Positions 11,312 through 25,500 of a stretch of 64,000 nucleotides of DNA are shown here, in pieces (position 1 is the stretch's first letter; the number at the start of each line of letters is the position of its first letter). The translations under genes and the position numbers were made by a program. The notes beneath the pieces are model-generated. The model was not told where the DNA came from, did no database searches, and saw only the letters and a list, made by a program, of their open reading frames with translations. Source of the DNA: Parasitella parasitica NRRL 2501 (lineage: Eukaryota; Fungi; Mucoromycota); assembly GCA_025201805.1 (NCBI GenBank), contig MU619262.1, positions 127,978 through 191,977 on the forward strand, in the 5' to 3' direction.

Positions 11312-14300
11312 TTAGATATAGGATTTAATTTCAGTTACAATACGTTGCAATTCGCGATTTTGAGCTAGATTATACGAGTTAATAGAGGGGGCGCATGCAA
11401 GAATAGAGTGTCAGTAACATACCTAGTACAGGGAGAATTTGCTTTAAAATGTCATTTTTTGTCAATGTACCCTGCTTGAACAAGTTAGTGAAAAACTGGC
11501 TTTTCATCGCTATTGCTTATTTACCATGATCGTAGGCTCCCACTTGGCAAACTCGGAGGCACTAAAAAAATATATATATATATATATATAAAAGAGGAGA
11601 GGAGAGGGTCAGAGATGTCTAAAAATCAAACCAATTGCCATGTGTGTAACTTTACGCAAAGGGAGGCCCCATAAGCCATTTACATAGTTCTTGTATTTTA
11701 TCGTGAGCATTCTCTTGAGACAGCTTTCTGGCATAGTACATCATCCAGTCTGAATATTCGTTTGGTGAATCCAACAGCGCGGCTACTGCTAATTGAGTCT
11801 ACAAGTAATGAGCATTTTAGCTGCTGGGGGGTGCATTAGAGTGTGTCTCTCATTTTACCTCAATATGGCTAATTGTAATCACCGCCGCTGTGCTTTCATC
11901 AGTGTTTGCAATGTCTAGAATCAATTTTGTGGTTGGATCTACCCCATTCCCATTCAATGTCATGCGAGAAGACAGCCAGCCCAGAGGATTTTCGGCTGGT
12001 TTGTAGCTATTTGATGATGGCTGCAAACCAGAGCCCCAAAACTCGGATATAATATACCAGGCGTCGCTGATTCTCAACCATACTTTCATATCTAAATGGT
12101 ACACAAATGCTTGCTGTAGACTGGTAATTAAAATGGGAATGCCATTTTTCTGAATACGAACATCCTTAATATTGGCTGTTTTGTGCGCGGTGCCTTCTGT
12201 AAGTTTAGCTACTTGCAAAATAGGCGCAATGGATATTCCATCCAACGAATTTTTCAAATTCACAACGTCCCAAGTGTACAACAAGCCAGTGGCGGTTAAA
12301 CATATTAACCATTGCGACGAGCATTGCAGAATAACTGAGGTGCTCTCTAGTATAATAGGTGGTAATAGACGTCTTCCTGTTGCCGAATATATGACCAGAG
12401 ATCCATCCTCGCATGCAACAACCGTGTATAAATGGTTTCCCGTCATCAGAATGGCTGCACTAGGGAGGTAGTCTTTCCAGAGAGCAGCTCCTTGCTTACT
12501 TGCAATAACTTTGGTTCGAACGTGGACGGACGGATCCTGCAGACTAGGCGCATTATGACATTCAATAACAACAGTAGGTTCGCTGGGGTTTAGTTTAGAT
12601 GACAAGATAGATTTCACTTTAGGAACTCCCATCTTCACCTGGCTCTTTTGCACAACTGGCGGCACCACGGCCGAGTCCAGCCATTCTGGTCTACTTCTCG
12701 TTGGTTTATTGCCTCCTTCCGCTTCATTTTCATTTGAATCATCCTTCTTGCGTTTATTCCCGGTAGCTGTGGTTCCTACGCCAGAAGAGGGTATGGTGGG
12801 ATTATCGTATAGTGTAGAACTGATATCTGATTGACTATGGCTACGCATATTAGAGGGTTGTGGCGTTGTTTGTGAAGATGTAGCTGTCGACGAGGTTGCG
12901 CTCAGCCTCATGGGCTGGATCCTCCGTTTGCCATTCTTTAAAATTGTAACTTTTTGTTCGGCAATCACTGTGGAAGTTGAAGATGCAAGTGGCGCCGAGT
13001 TGGATGCTATGCTGCTGCTGCTGTTGGAAGGTACAGAGGGCTCTGCATCTGTCATAGTGACATCGGCTGCATTACCACTGCTCTTTATTGTGGGCACTGA
13101 CAAAGTTTCTATGCTCGCATTCCCTGTCATTAGGTCGGCAAGTCTCTTGGATGTGGACGCTTTCGACACAATCGCAAAATCCTCTTCTAGTTCCAGCTGA
13201 GATGGGGTTTCTGGCAATTGTGTATTTTTTCGACCATAACCGTATTTTACCAGTTCTTTGTAAACAACGTCGTCTGGCGCAACATCATCCAATTCCTTGT
13301 CTAATAATATGCATGCAACTGTTCCGTCTTGCGAGCATGCAAACAGATTCTTTCCATCCGGTGTCCAGGCAATATCGTATACATTGTTGTCAAAAATGTC
13401 TGCTGCAACACATACAGGTCGGTTGAACTGCGTGACCCAAATAGAAATGCTTCTGTCTTGGCTTCCCAAAGCACAGATCGTTGCCAATGATTTCTCGGAT
13501 TCTTTGTCTCTTTGCACGTAAAACATCTTTGGGTTGTATGAGGTTATTTCTATAGGTAATTGGTGTCCCACAAGCGATACATCGGCATTCCAGTCGTCAC
13601 GATTGATAATTGCTGCGATACACTGGATGCCATTGACAGCGTTGGCAGCTGCAACGTGAGCTCCATCTGGCGACCAACTCAACCGCCTGAACAATGTCGT
13701 GCCTGGCGCGTTGATAAATGGGCTAATGAGATCCGCCTCTAATCCCCAATCTGATGTTCGAAATACTTTGACCATTTTGTCGTCAGACTACTCGCAAGCG
13801 TAAGTAGATCCATCCTCACTCAATCAATTCATCCCTACCTGCGAGGCGAGAAATTTCCCTGCTGGGTCCCACGTTACACCTTTTACGAAATCGCTATGCT
13901 GATCAATCTTGGTTATTTGCTCTATGTTGCAACACGTCAGTCATCTCATTGACAAGATCAGCCTTATCACATTACCAAACGTTGCTCCATTCCATACAAT
14001 CACAAATCCATCAACTCCACAAGATGCCAGGTACTTGTTGTCCTTTGACCAAGCCAAGTCTTGCACATCCGATTCATGACCTCTTAAATACTTGACAGGC
14101 CTCCACGCCTCATGATTTACGTCGTTGCTACCAAATACAGAGCCTGTCGTGGCGTTTCTGCTCGACATGTTAGAAAGCACCTCGCATACTTGCAATCCCA
14201 TGTCTCTCTGTTACCTGTCGCGTTCCCAAATGATGATGACATTATCATTGTCTGAACTGGAAGCCAAGTAGCGACCGTCTCCACTGGACCAACGAACACA

Positions 14301-14321
14301 CAACACAGCACCTACAGCATA

Positions 14322-14363
<42 letters not shown>

Positions 14364-14778
14364 AAGGGCATGTTGGAACGAGTTTCTTATGCATACATCC
14401 AGCCGGAAAAAATAGGACCCATACCGTTATGCATAGTCATTGTACATAGCAACTTGTGACAGTTTGGATCTTTCTGGGCATCCTTTTCAAGAATTGGCTT
14501 TGTATTCCAAATTTTTACAGTGCCATCTATGCAATGTCAGCCTCAAACGAACGAGTCTGCAAGGATTGGCTACTTACCCAGACTCCCCGTGGCTAACCTT
14601 TGCCCATCAGGGTGTACATGTATCGAATAAATACAGGGTTTTTTATTCCTTGCATCTTGAGTGCGGTCTAGAAAGCAACGGATTTTGGACATTAAAAAAC
14701 ACAAATACAAAGCTGGCTTGAGTGTATATTTCTTTCTTTACCTGCGTGAGAGACCCACTCTGGCTTAATGATCATCAT
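11312..14778 (-). CDS. HIR1: HIR1/HIRA histone H3-H4 chaperone (WD40 + B-motif + Hira domain)
   Basis: MMIIKPEWVSH start. WD40 signatures LRGHESDVQDLAWS, FVKGVTWDPAGKFLASQSDDK, FRRLSWSPDG. B-domain KVTILKNGKRRIQP. Hira C-terminus RRLLPPIIL, WLRISD, TISHIE. Multiple GT-AG introns. Confidence 0.95.
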
Positions 14779-15112
14779 CTTGTAAGATACGCGCGCTCTT
14801 GTTATTCAGTATAGTTTGTATTTTGTTATCGCCAAAAATCCAATGGTATATTTCACTGTATGCTGTATACAATGAACAGAGAGAGAGAGGGGATGATGGA
14901 AAAATGCAAAGTGTAGTCTATATTGAAGCAAATGGAAGCAGCGATGAAAAAATCAATTAAAAATACAAGATACGTGACGGCTAGGATGGGGGTCTTGTTG
15001 ACCAAGGAAATCATAAATCCTCATGGCAACAGTAAGCTTGGAAAGTGGGTTGCATTTCAGCAATTGGATCGAAAAACAGAATCAAAATCCATCATTTTAG
15101 CTTTTTTTTTTT

Positions 15113-15142
15113 NNNNNNNNNNNNNNNNNNNNNNNNNNNNNN
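15113..15142. other. Assembly gap (N run)
   Basis: 30 Ns between poly(T) and (TAT)n. Confidence 1.
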
Positions 15143-15631
15143 TATTATTATTATTTGTAAGGTTGCCTTATTAGGGATGATGTATGGTTCCTGAGCTTTT
15201 GCTTTTGAATGATTCATGGATATTACATCTTTGCTCTCCATGCCGTTGACTTTCGATGAGCACTGCTTGTTAAAAATACGAGATTTTTTGCGGGTAAAAA
15301 AATATTGTGCCGCTGTTGTCAGAAACACATTGGCACTCTGAACGGTCAATGTACGGAGATCTAGCTGCCCCACCATGATAACGTTCGTCCAAAAAATTAA
15401 GCATATGCCATTTATACGATACCAATCTATTCAGGACCTCCTTTGATATATGCTTCTCTTCCTGAATCAACACTTTATTGTACATATTGGGTCAATTCCA
15501 TTTCTGGGTACATTGGCTGTTACTCCAAAGTCACACAAACAAAATATTGAAAACCAGGAAAACCAAATGGCAATGCCACATAACTCTTTTGGGCTCTTTT
15601 TCCTTTACTTTTACTGTTCAATTTGTTAAAA

Positions 15632-17098
15632 ATGGCCAATGCTGCCGGATTATTGACTATTGCTTTAGCTATTAGCTTGATTGGTAACTCTCTGCAATCA
15701 CAGTTTATTCAAGATGATATATTAGCATTTCCTCGCTACAAGGTAGAGGTTACCAGGGAAAAAGTATCCAACACAGATCTGAGCGCAAAGCACGCCGAGG
15801 TAAGAGTTTGGGTCGTCTCGCATCTTTTTTTACAGTCTAAATTTCTCTATCAAGGCTTTACCAAATACAATTGTTATGACATCTGCATTCGGTCAGCCAT
15901 TTTCTTGCATTATTCCAGACGTACAAGTTGAGCAAGACCGTCTAGAACGACAAAAAGAGGAAGCGACGCTAGAGGAGACTGAGCAAGAGGTAAATAAAAT
16001 CATAGAAAAAGGTCTCGAGCTACTGGAGCCGATTGGATCAAACTGCATTCGATTTTTCACCAGCGTAAGTGGGATAGACGCAAATGTGGATTACATAAAT
16101 TGACTGAATCCCAAAAGACACATCAGTATTGGGCCTACGAATATTGCCATAATCAATACGTCCGTCAATTTCACGTCGAACGCTCGCATGATGGTAAAGT
16201 GGAAAAGGAGCAGGAAACAGCTTCCTTCTTTTTAGGCCGTTACCCTGGTTTATCCAAGGGAAGTCTGATCAACGCGGACAAAAAAGCCATTGCTTCGACA
16301 ACAAAGAAACACTTTGCAGTAAAAACAGAATTGAAAAACAATGGAGATCAAAGATATTTGGTTCAGAAATGGGGCGACGGCTCAAAATGCGACCTAACTG
16401 ATAAACCACGAGTCATTGAAGTGCAAGTAAGTGCAGACATAGCATTGATTTTGTGTGTGATGGTTAATTATTGAAAGTATCACTGTGACCTGCAAGGACA
16501 AGACCGTGTATCCAGCTTTGTCGAATTATCAACATGCAACTATCAGATCGTCATTTCCACCCCTCGTTTATGCGAAGACATGAATCTTTCGCAGCGCCAT
16601 CATATTGAACCTCACAGAATTAAATGCCGACCTGTTGTGTCTGATCAATTGATCGAGCAAGAGCAGCAACAAGAGCAGCAACAAGAGCAAGAACAAGAGC
16701 AGGAGCAGAAGCAGGATAGGGAGCAACCAATAGCCAAACAAGACAATCAACAACAAATGGAAGCAAATGTAGAAGCAACACTTGCTACAGCTACCGCTAC
16801 CTCTGATAAACAATTACTTGAAATGATAAGCGATTTAACAGAGCAGATTAACCAACTTAAACTTCAAATGAGCTCTATGCCTTTTGACAATATGCAAGCT
16901 GATTTTTCTTTTTTCACTTTGGACAATCACGGAAATGTTATCCCAGGGGCCGATCTCGCCAGGCTGTTTTCTACTGCTAAACAATCTCAAAAGCAACCAC
17001 AAAAGGAACGAATAACTGCTAATGCCGAGAAAAGGCAGCGAGCCAAAGATCAATATGAGAATAAGCAGGCTTATCAACAAATGTACATTGCTGAATAA
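15632..17098 (+). CDS. YOS9: OS-9/Yos9-like ERAD lectin (MRH/PRKCSH domain)
   Basis: Signal peptide MANAAGLLTIALAISLIG; DDILAFPRY; YWAYEYCHNQYVRQFH; QKWGDGSKCDLTDKPRVIEVQ/YHC; ELSTCNYQIVISTPRLC; 3 introns. No HDEL at the C-terminus. Confidence 0.9.
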
Positions 17099-17241
17099 AA
17101 TTACCCTTGACAATATCTGTGGAAGATTTGACCTATTTAAAAACCGCGCTCGACTGTTGTAGGACACCTAACAAAATTCTTTTTTTTTTGGGGGGGGAAG
17201 GTAGGTCCTATTTCTTTTCCTTGCATCTTGTTCTACTTGGT

Positions 17242-17899
17242 ATGGGCGCATCACAATCAAAGACACAGCAGCAGCAAAAAGAGCCTGTCATCTTTTATAA
17301 CCCTAATGTGCCACTTCAGGTACACGAAATCTAACATCACCAAGAAAATCTTTTTAATATCCAAACAGTTTTCTCAAAGTTTAGTTGGTTCACTCGAAAA
17401 GAAAGCAGAACAAACTACAGAACGAGTAGAAGCACGTCAAGTGGAAATTCTTGTCCGTCAACGTGTCGCCGAAGAGTTAGAAAAGATGAAGCACACGGAT
17501 TCGAAATTGAATGAAAGGTTTTATATCCAGTTATCCAAAGAAAATGCTGAAAAAGATCAGCTAAATGCTGTTAATACCGCCAAAGAGATTGATGCAATGG
17601 TAAAGCGTATTTCTAGGTAGGTCAACAATGGTATTTCCCAATACCCCGAGTAGTTTATTTACGGATTATACTAGATCAAGTTCAAAGGAGCTCCCGGCCC
17701 AAGTTAAAAAGTGTCAAGATGAGGTTATTGCATGCTACAAGTAAATACAAAAATTAGATGCTCTACAGTATTTCGCTTGACTAACACTCTATAAAGTAAC
17801 AATAAATCTAGATCTCTCGATTGCTGGGAGGAGGTTGCTGTTTTCAAGAAAGCCGTTGCTGAAGAACAAAAGAAATTCGTTGCTGCCCATCAAAAATAA
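17242..17899 (+). CDS. MIC19: MICOS subunit Mic19-like (DUF1690/CHCH) protein
   Basis: MGASQS myristoylation start; VIFYNPNVPLQ/FSQSLVGSLE; coiled coil; C-terminal ACY/NNNKSRSLDCWEEVAVFKKAV; 3 introns. Confidence 0.8.
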
Positions 17900-20800
17900 T
17901 AATGATCCATGTTAATAAAAGTATTCTGCTTTATCTAAACTGACTGAAATGGCTAATCCAATGATAAGAGTTTTGTTTGCTGGTGATTCTTAAAAATATA
18001 CGTTTCAAGTTACAATGCCATCGCATATTGCCGCATACTGAAATGATCTTTCACGAGCGTTTAAACATTTTATAATGCACATTTTACTATGTTCATAATC
18101 GGTCTAATATATAGGCGTTCAAATAAAATTTTGATATGAAAATTTGCGTTTTCTGCTGATAGCTTTTGGATATATCGCATTTTCCACTCATAGAGACATT
18201 TTTAGTATTAGATAATACTATACCGAGTTGTTACTATGCTTCCCAGGTTCTTCGATCGGGGTTGCATCGCGGTTCTACCGTTTCTTTAGCAAAAGTTATA
18301 CGAGCAGATGTTTGAAATCATGGAAATCACAAAGCTTTTTGTACTAACTGCTTTTTATAACGAAATATAGACAGGAAAATAGCAATTAGAATTGAATATT
18401 TTTATTTAGCTATTCCCAGATTAAATGAAAATCGAAAGTAGTGTACATTTCAAAGGTATTTACAGTTATTTGACTGTGCCGCAGCAATAGGACCTTGATC
18501 TAGGATGGGGGATAATTAGGAAGGCCTTGAGCCCATCCGCAGGACTTGGTGGATAAGAGTTTACGAATCACCAGCAAGTCATGAGCCCAGATACGAATAA
18601 AGGATAAAAAGTTCTTCATAGTAGATTTTGTGGAAGAACATTCATCAGATTTCAACACCATTTCCAGGAACAAAATGTATAAATAACATGGCAAGGTCTC
18701 AGATCAGGGTCTCACATCAGTTTCAGGGTCTTACAGTATATGATGGGTAGTCATGATTTGCATCATGCAGTTAAATAGTATAACTATAGTGTAATGAATA
18801 TGTATATAATACATCGAAAGATGCATTATGAATAAAAGTGTAATTTTTTGGTAGATTTATTTTATCAGACTTTTGACATAACCCAAAATACTATATGCTA
18901 TTACCACTATGCACTAGGATAAAGATCAGCCATTCAATGGCACCACTCATATCTCTTTGCCATGTCTAAAAAAGTCCTTCAATTCTACTACTCATTTCTG
19001 CTCATGCTCGCTTATGATGTATTATACCAAGTATAATACATTACCACAAAGATTTGGTCTATATCCTAAATAATATTATCATTATCCTATCCGTGCTGAA
19101 ATATATTTCATGGCCTGATATTTTACTGTTCAGATGTGTTTATATTAATCATGATTTGATCTTTATTTTAGGGTCAATGATGATTAACAGTTATGATTCA
19201 AACCTTCTCATTTCAGTTTCAGTTGCATCATGATAAGATTTATTATACACTCTGTTGGGCCAGTGTCAAAGGGCGCAGCGAAATGTTGCTTAAATGTTAT
19301 ATGAAAGAAGTGATAATGACTTTTTTTGAATAAAACCAGATACAAAAATGAAGACTTTTATTAACATAAGGTATGATCTCTATTTATACTAAAACATATC
19401 CCAATCAATGTTTATCCACATAACATCTGTGTTGTGCCTGGTCTTGAAAATGAGCACAGCAGTTAATTGTATGTGATATAAAGGATATAAGAAATCAATA
19501 AAGACTTGATTTACCAGATACAAAACTATTGATTTATTGATTGACAAGAAGCTGTTTATTTATATTAGAATAAATCTATCTGAATCAATCTATAAAATAC
19601 ATTCAAATCATGTTTGACATTTAATTGTCAAACAAGTAGTCAGAACAAGGCCTATTATTTCTATATTTAATCAGCTAATCGTTATGAATGTGAATCATTC
19701 ATCGATAAGTTGGACTTCGCAATTTAGAATAAGTATAAAACCCCAATAGATGGTTTCTAATACGAGACATATTCTATTCAATACTCCTATTTGCTAGATA
19801 GAATAATCAATGGCCATTTAAACTTAGATCCGATCAGGAACGGTTGCCTTGACAACTTAGTTGAAATATTGGTAGCCATGGTAGAATACACAGTATTTCT
19901 ATTGATATAAGATCTGGTTCTACTCCTGTACCTGATCAACATTAACAAATCGGCCATTATAATAGCTTCAGTTTCAATAATTACAGGGAACCAAAACACA
20001 GAAACATCAAAGCACGTGATTTATTTCAAACTCCGGCACAGAAATCTGAAAAACGTTTGATGCAGGAAACTTTTGATAGAGACATTGCCCAGTGGAAAGC
20101 AACTTATGCTCAGATAGCGATGAATATACCTGTTCTTATGGCACATAAAAGACAGTGTTTATTTTGCTGTTTATTGAAGCGTATGGTCGATTATATGCAA
20201 TTCTGATATGTAAATATGTGATATCATCTGGTAACTGTATAAGTAGCGCCAAGTCAATTCTAAGTTTTCCAAGTGTTGGATGAAAAAAAGATAATAAAAC
20301 TAAAGGTTAACGAGATACGTTAACTTAAAGATAGTTTATTTAAGATCGAAATTGCATCTGCTTTTTACAACTACATAAATTTATGGTGACTTATTTAGAT
20401 TACTAATTGATAAGACTAATTCATAGTGACAATCTACATGACAAGGTACAATGTAAGGTTATACAACAAGGGCTACACGTCTTTGATCTGACAGTGCCTT
20501 AATCTTTATCCTGGTGCTCTCAGATCTGTGTTACTTACAGGAATAACCTTCTTGATTTGAAATAGAGACTTTATTCTCCAGTTTACACAAGCGTATCACA
20601 TCACATCATTGAACAATCTTCAATATTTAAATTGAAGTATATTGCCATGATCTCTTATCTATAGTTATAGCAGATCACACTATATTTTACTGGTTTGATC
20701 TTGGTTCTACATTTTAATTTTAAAAAAAGTTATGACCAAATGTGTATTATTAATGTGGGATAATTGCTGTAGTTTGAACTAATAGATTAATCATGTAGAT

Positions 20801-22504
20801 TTAATCAATATAGTAATATATACGGCCGTTTTTATCAATCACTGAAGTATCAAGAAGCTTTGTAACATGGTGAGCTAATAGTCTTTATATATTTCATTAT
20901 TAAACCAAACAGCTACTGTGCCTTCTCAGTCCTGGCACAATAATATTGATTCTGTTCTTATTACCACAATCGGAATTAGTCCGTCCACTGTGATATACTC
21001 TCCCCCAAGAACGGCATACAACGACGTCTCTTTTGAATTTTCTAATTTATAAGATGAGTTTGTGATTATAAACTATCTCATAACTCGAAAACTTTTTACG
21101 TAAGTGTATTAAGAAATCTAATCATTTCAAGGAGTTTGTGATGTGTGGACTACTCCTCAATTGAAAATAGATACTCACTGGCAAAATATAGTCTTAAGCA
21201 TTTAGCTTTAAGGTATCAGGACATTCAGAGAAGATGAATGTCTAAAAAGATGTGTTTATTGCGTTTATTGCGTTTTGTGTCCTCTGTTCATAAACCTCAT
21301 TTAATCGTTTCATCATCGCTTCCTATTCCGATGTTTGCTTTTTCTTTTTCTAAATATTGCCATATCTCGCCAAATCACTACATTGATTATTAATTAATTA
21401 GTTCAGGGCTGATATTACCAAGATAAGTTACAATGGGTAGGATAGCCTGCCAAAAAATATTTGCAGATCCGGAATTGATTATACGATTTGAGATGGGGAT
21501 CCATCAATAGTAAAGTAGATGGTTTCTTCGTTTGGTTTCTATTCGGGAGACTACTGAGGCCATCAAGATATGGATTTAACAAATGGAAAGCATCAACGAT
21601 ATTAAGTTCAATCCATATAAATGTTTTAATCGTGTTTCAGAGTACAGGTTACTTTATTAGATCAGTTTTATTACGTCAAAATCGACTTTAAATGACGGCA
21701 AGGGCGCCATCATGGCAAAAGCAACTTTCTGTCGGATGATATTTCTTCTTTTATGGGATTCAAGTGAAGGCTCGCTATATTATAAGGATTTTCATACTGA
21801 CAAAACACCGTTATCGTGTACCATCATAACAGACATGCAAAGCACCAAAATTTTCTATTGTATTCAGCATCCGATGGTAAAGTTGTTACAAAGACTCGTA
21901 GCCTTTTCCTTGTATTAAGATTACAAGCATGTGAATAGGAAGCTGCCATTTACAATTCAATGCATATTTATCAAGAAAATAATCGTTGAAAGGATACAAA
22001 ATTTCTTTAAAGAAAACAGACTTTTTGTAGCTTTACTCAACATATTTTCAGGTTTGTGTTATCCATGCCATGGAGGGGTGAGGGCGTACTTTAGTTGGGC
22101 CCTTACTCTTTGATAAAAGAAATGTTGTAAACGTAAGATCTCTGGTTAATACGCATGCAATCTTGTTATCAATTCGAGTTTTAAATGTTTAGTCTGTTTC
22201 TAAATATGATATTTATCAACATGATGGAGTTCTGTACCCTTAAATAAAGTAGAAATTGCACCATGACGTACGACGACTTCCTTTTAAAACTTTTTGCACT
22301 GTTTTTGAACTTTTTAGACTCTTTTTCGATTATCCTTTGGGTGTGTGAGTCTCTCTTTTGTGTTGTGATTTTCTCTTTGCTCCACTCTCCCTTTCTTCAT
22401 TTACATTGCTTGATTGAATGGTTTTTCAACATCAATATGTGGCAGGCAATTATGCTTTGCAGAAACCGGAAGCTTTACCCAACTATAGACTAAAGTTGGA
22501 CGCC

Positions 22505-25500
22505 ATGAAAATGCCCTCTATGGAACAGCCACAATCATCAGGACAACAGCAACAACAAGAACGCCATTATTTCTCTACTGTAAAATGATGTATATTGTAC
22601 ATTCAAATGTGTTAATTAACTTGCGTAAATATTAGATCTTTAGTCATGATGATCCTGCTGCTTTTGCTTATTTCCAACAAGAGCTACAGCAGGCCTTAAT
22701 AAATCAAGCGACAGCGACAAGCATTGATCCTGCCAACTACATCCCACCACCACGGCAACAGCAACAAGAGCAATTACATCAGCAGATATTATTACATCAA
22801 CAACAACATCATCATCAAAGCTATAGTCATTATCAATCCAATCATTCTAGTAGTAGCTCTCAAAGACAATATATTCCACCCATTATGGTTCCACCGCAAT
22901 CGCCTACATTATCAAGCTATCATTTTGAGAGTGGATGGATGAATCAATATCATAGCCCAAAACGTAGACAGTATGTGTCAAGCAGAGTCAATCCAGATCA
23001 TTACCAAAGGTTATCTGAAAGGCAAGCTATGGATATGCTACAGCAGCAAGCGCAACAGCAGCAACAACAGCAACAACAGCAGCAAGCACAACAACAGCAA
23101 CGACAGCAACAACAGCAGCAACAGCAGCAACAGCAGCAACAGCAGCAGCAGCATTTGCATCAACAGCAATACATTTATCCCCGTGGTAACAAAAGATCGT
23201 ATTCAACTGTATCAAATCAAAATGAAATCATTCAGCCTGCACTTGTTTTACCACACCATCATCAACAACATACACTTGATAATACTCAAAACTCATATCT
23301 ATCGGCTGCTGCTGCTGCTGCTACTGCTGCTGCTGCGGTAGCTGCTGTTTCATCAGCATCGCAATCCATCATACCATCACAATTGCTGCTATCACCTATT
23401 TCTACCAGTGCGGATGAATGGCGTGAAAGCCTACTTCAATATGCACATAACCTATACTCTGCTTCACCGCAAAACCCATATCTATTACCACTGCTACATT
23501 CGTTGCATGATGCCTATCCAAGCCATTTACCAACACTATTACTATTAGCGTGTGTCTATTATTCATACCAGGATTATCAATCGTCGCTCAAATATAACAA
23601 GCTCATTCTAGAATACGATAAACATTATGTCGAGGCCATGAGCAATATTGGCACAACATTGCGAAGCATTGGACAAACTAAAGAAGCGGAGAGCTGGTGG
23701 TATCAAGCAGTTGAACTTCGACCTGGATACTGGGACGCCGTTGAAAACTTAGTTGGCGTTCTATGCGCCAAAAACGAAGATTCCAAAGACAATCCTCGGT
23801 ACAAAGAAGCCTTGTCTGTTTGCGAGTTTGTGGAAAAGTTCTTTTTCAAGCAACAGCCGGCTGTGCTGAAGCAACCTCTTCAATTGCCCATTCATCAACT
23901 TGCTCGTTTACAGAATCTGTTTTACGCAAAGGGTAACCTTAAATATGCTTTGGGGGATATTCAAGGGGCTCAAAGGGAGTACGAAAAAGGTTTAGAACTA
24001 GCCTTTGGTGGATTAGACCTCTTTTCTATCTGTAACTTGATTGCTTATGCATGCCACAGCTCAGCGACTGTTACCTCAACGACAAACAAATCAGGCGAAA
24101 TACCGCTGATCTTATTGCAACCAGATCAAGCTGTTCGTATCTTACAGATTGTATTTCCAAACTCTGGTGGTGCCTTGCCTAGTCTTATGAGCATAAGTAA
24201 CACTGCATCCAACAACCCCGAATCCATATCCACCATACAGCAGACAAATCAAACGACTTCCACAATCTTGTTGACGCTGTCGAAGCTGTTTCAGGACCTG
24301 ATGAATCCTTCCACGCCTGAATTAGTTGCTGCTGCTGCAAGCGCCTCTTCTCTGGGAAAACAATCTTCTCTGTCCATGTTACTGCCACTGTACTATCTCA
24401 GTCTTGCTCTTCATCCAAGTCCATCTACTGCAAATAACCTTGGTATTATTCTCAGCAATATCCCAATAGCCGTTGCAACTCTAGCTGTCAAGCTACCCTC
24501 TACTCAGCATACTGCTCCCTTAACCGGCACCATGCTAGCGATGCAATACTACATGTATGGCTTACAGCTCGACCCTCGCCATCCTCACCTCTATACCAAT
24601 TTGGGCTCACTGCTAAAGGACATGGGACACTTGAGCGAAGCTGTTCGTATGTACGAAAAGGCAGTTGAATACAATCCTCGATTTGACGTTGCTTTGGCCA
24701 ATTTGGGTAATGCCATCAAGGATTTGGGCCGAGTTCAAGACTCTGTTCAGTGGTATCGCCGTGCAGTAGAAGTCAATCCCAACTTTGTTGATGCTGTCTG
24801 TGGCCTAGTCAATTCTCTCAGCGGTGTATGTGATTGGCGTGGCAGAGGTGGTGTAGGCAACGAAGCTAGTGTGGATCAATACGGCCATTATTTCCCGTCT
24901 ACAGGTGACAAGAGTGCCAAAAGCGGCTGGATCGGTCATGTGGTAGATATCGTTGAAAAGCAACTGGACGAAGGAGCTATTTGGGGTGCTGGTATCTTGA
25001 AAGTGGTTTACAACGGCCAGCATTCCAAAAAATCCAACGGGCAAGTATTAATCGAAAAAATGATGAGTTGCACCGGTGCAATGCACAACGCTGACAAGTG
25101 GAAATCTTACTTGGAGTTTTATGCGTCAAGTAATGATAAAACCAAAAGGAACGAAGGTGGTTGGGTGATTCGATTGATTGAACGCATTATTAGACGGCTG
25201 CAACGCAAATGGTATCTTGAGACGTATTCTCAAAGCAAAAACGATGGCTCTCAAAACAGAATTGTGGTAACACCTGAACTGGCAGAGAGATATGCGAGAC
25301 CTTTGATACCCAGTAGTTTGACAAGCCCTCCTGTGCCCACCGTTCTGCCATTTCATACGTTTACTTATCCGCTGACTGCTCGACAAATTCGACTGATTTC
25401 ACACCGCAATGCTCTTCGCATTTCGCATACATCGCTGACTTCAGCTTGGGTGTCCCCGCATGTGTATCCTCCACCTCCACCCCCAGCGCCCTCGCTCAAA

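Noticed and set aside
15092-15600. Minus-strand ORFs with intron-like signals between HIR1 and YOS9
   Set aside because: No consistent ATG-initiated spliced frame found, and the region runs into an N-gap.
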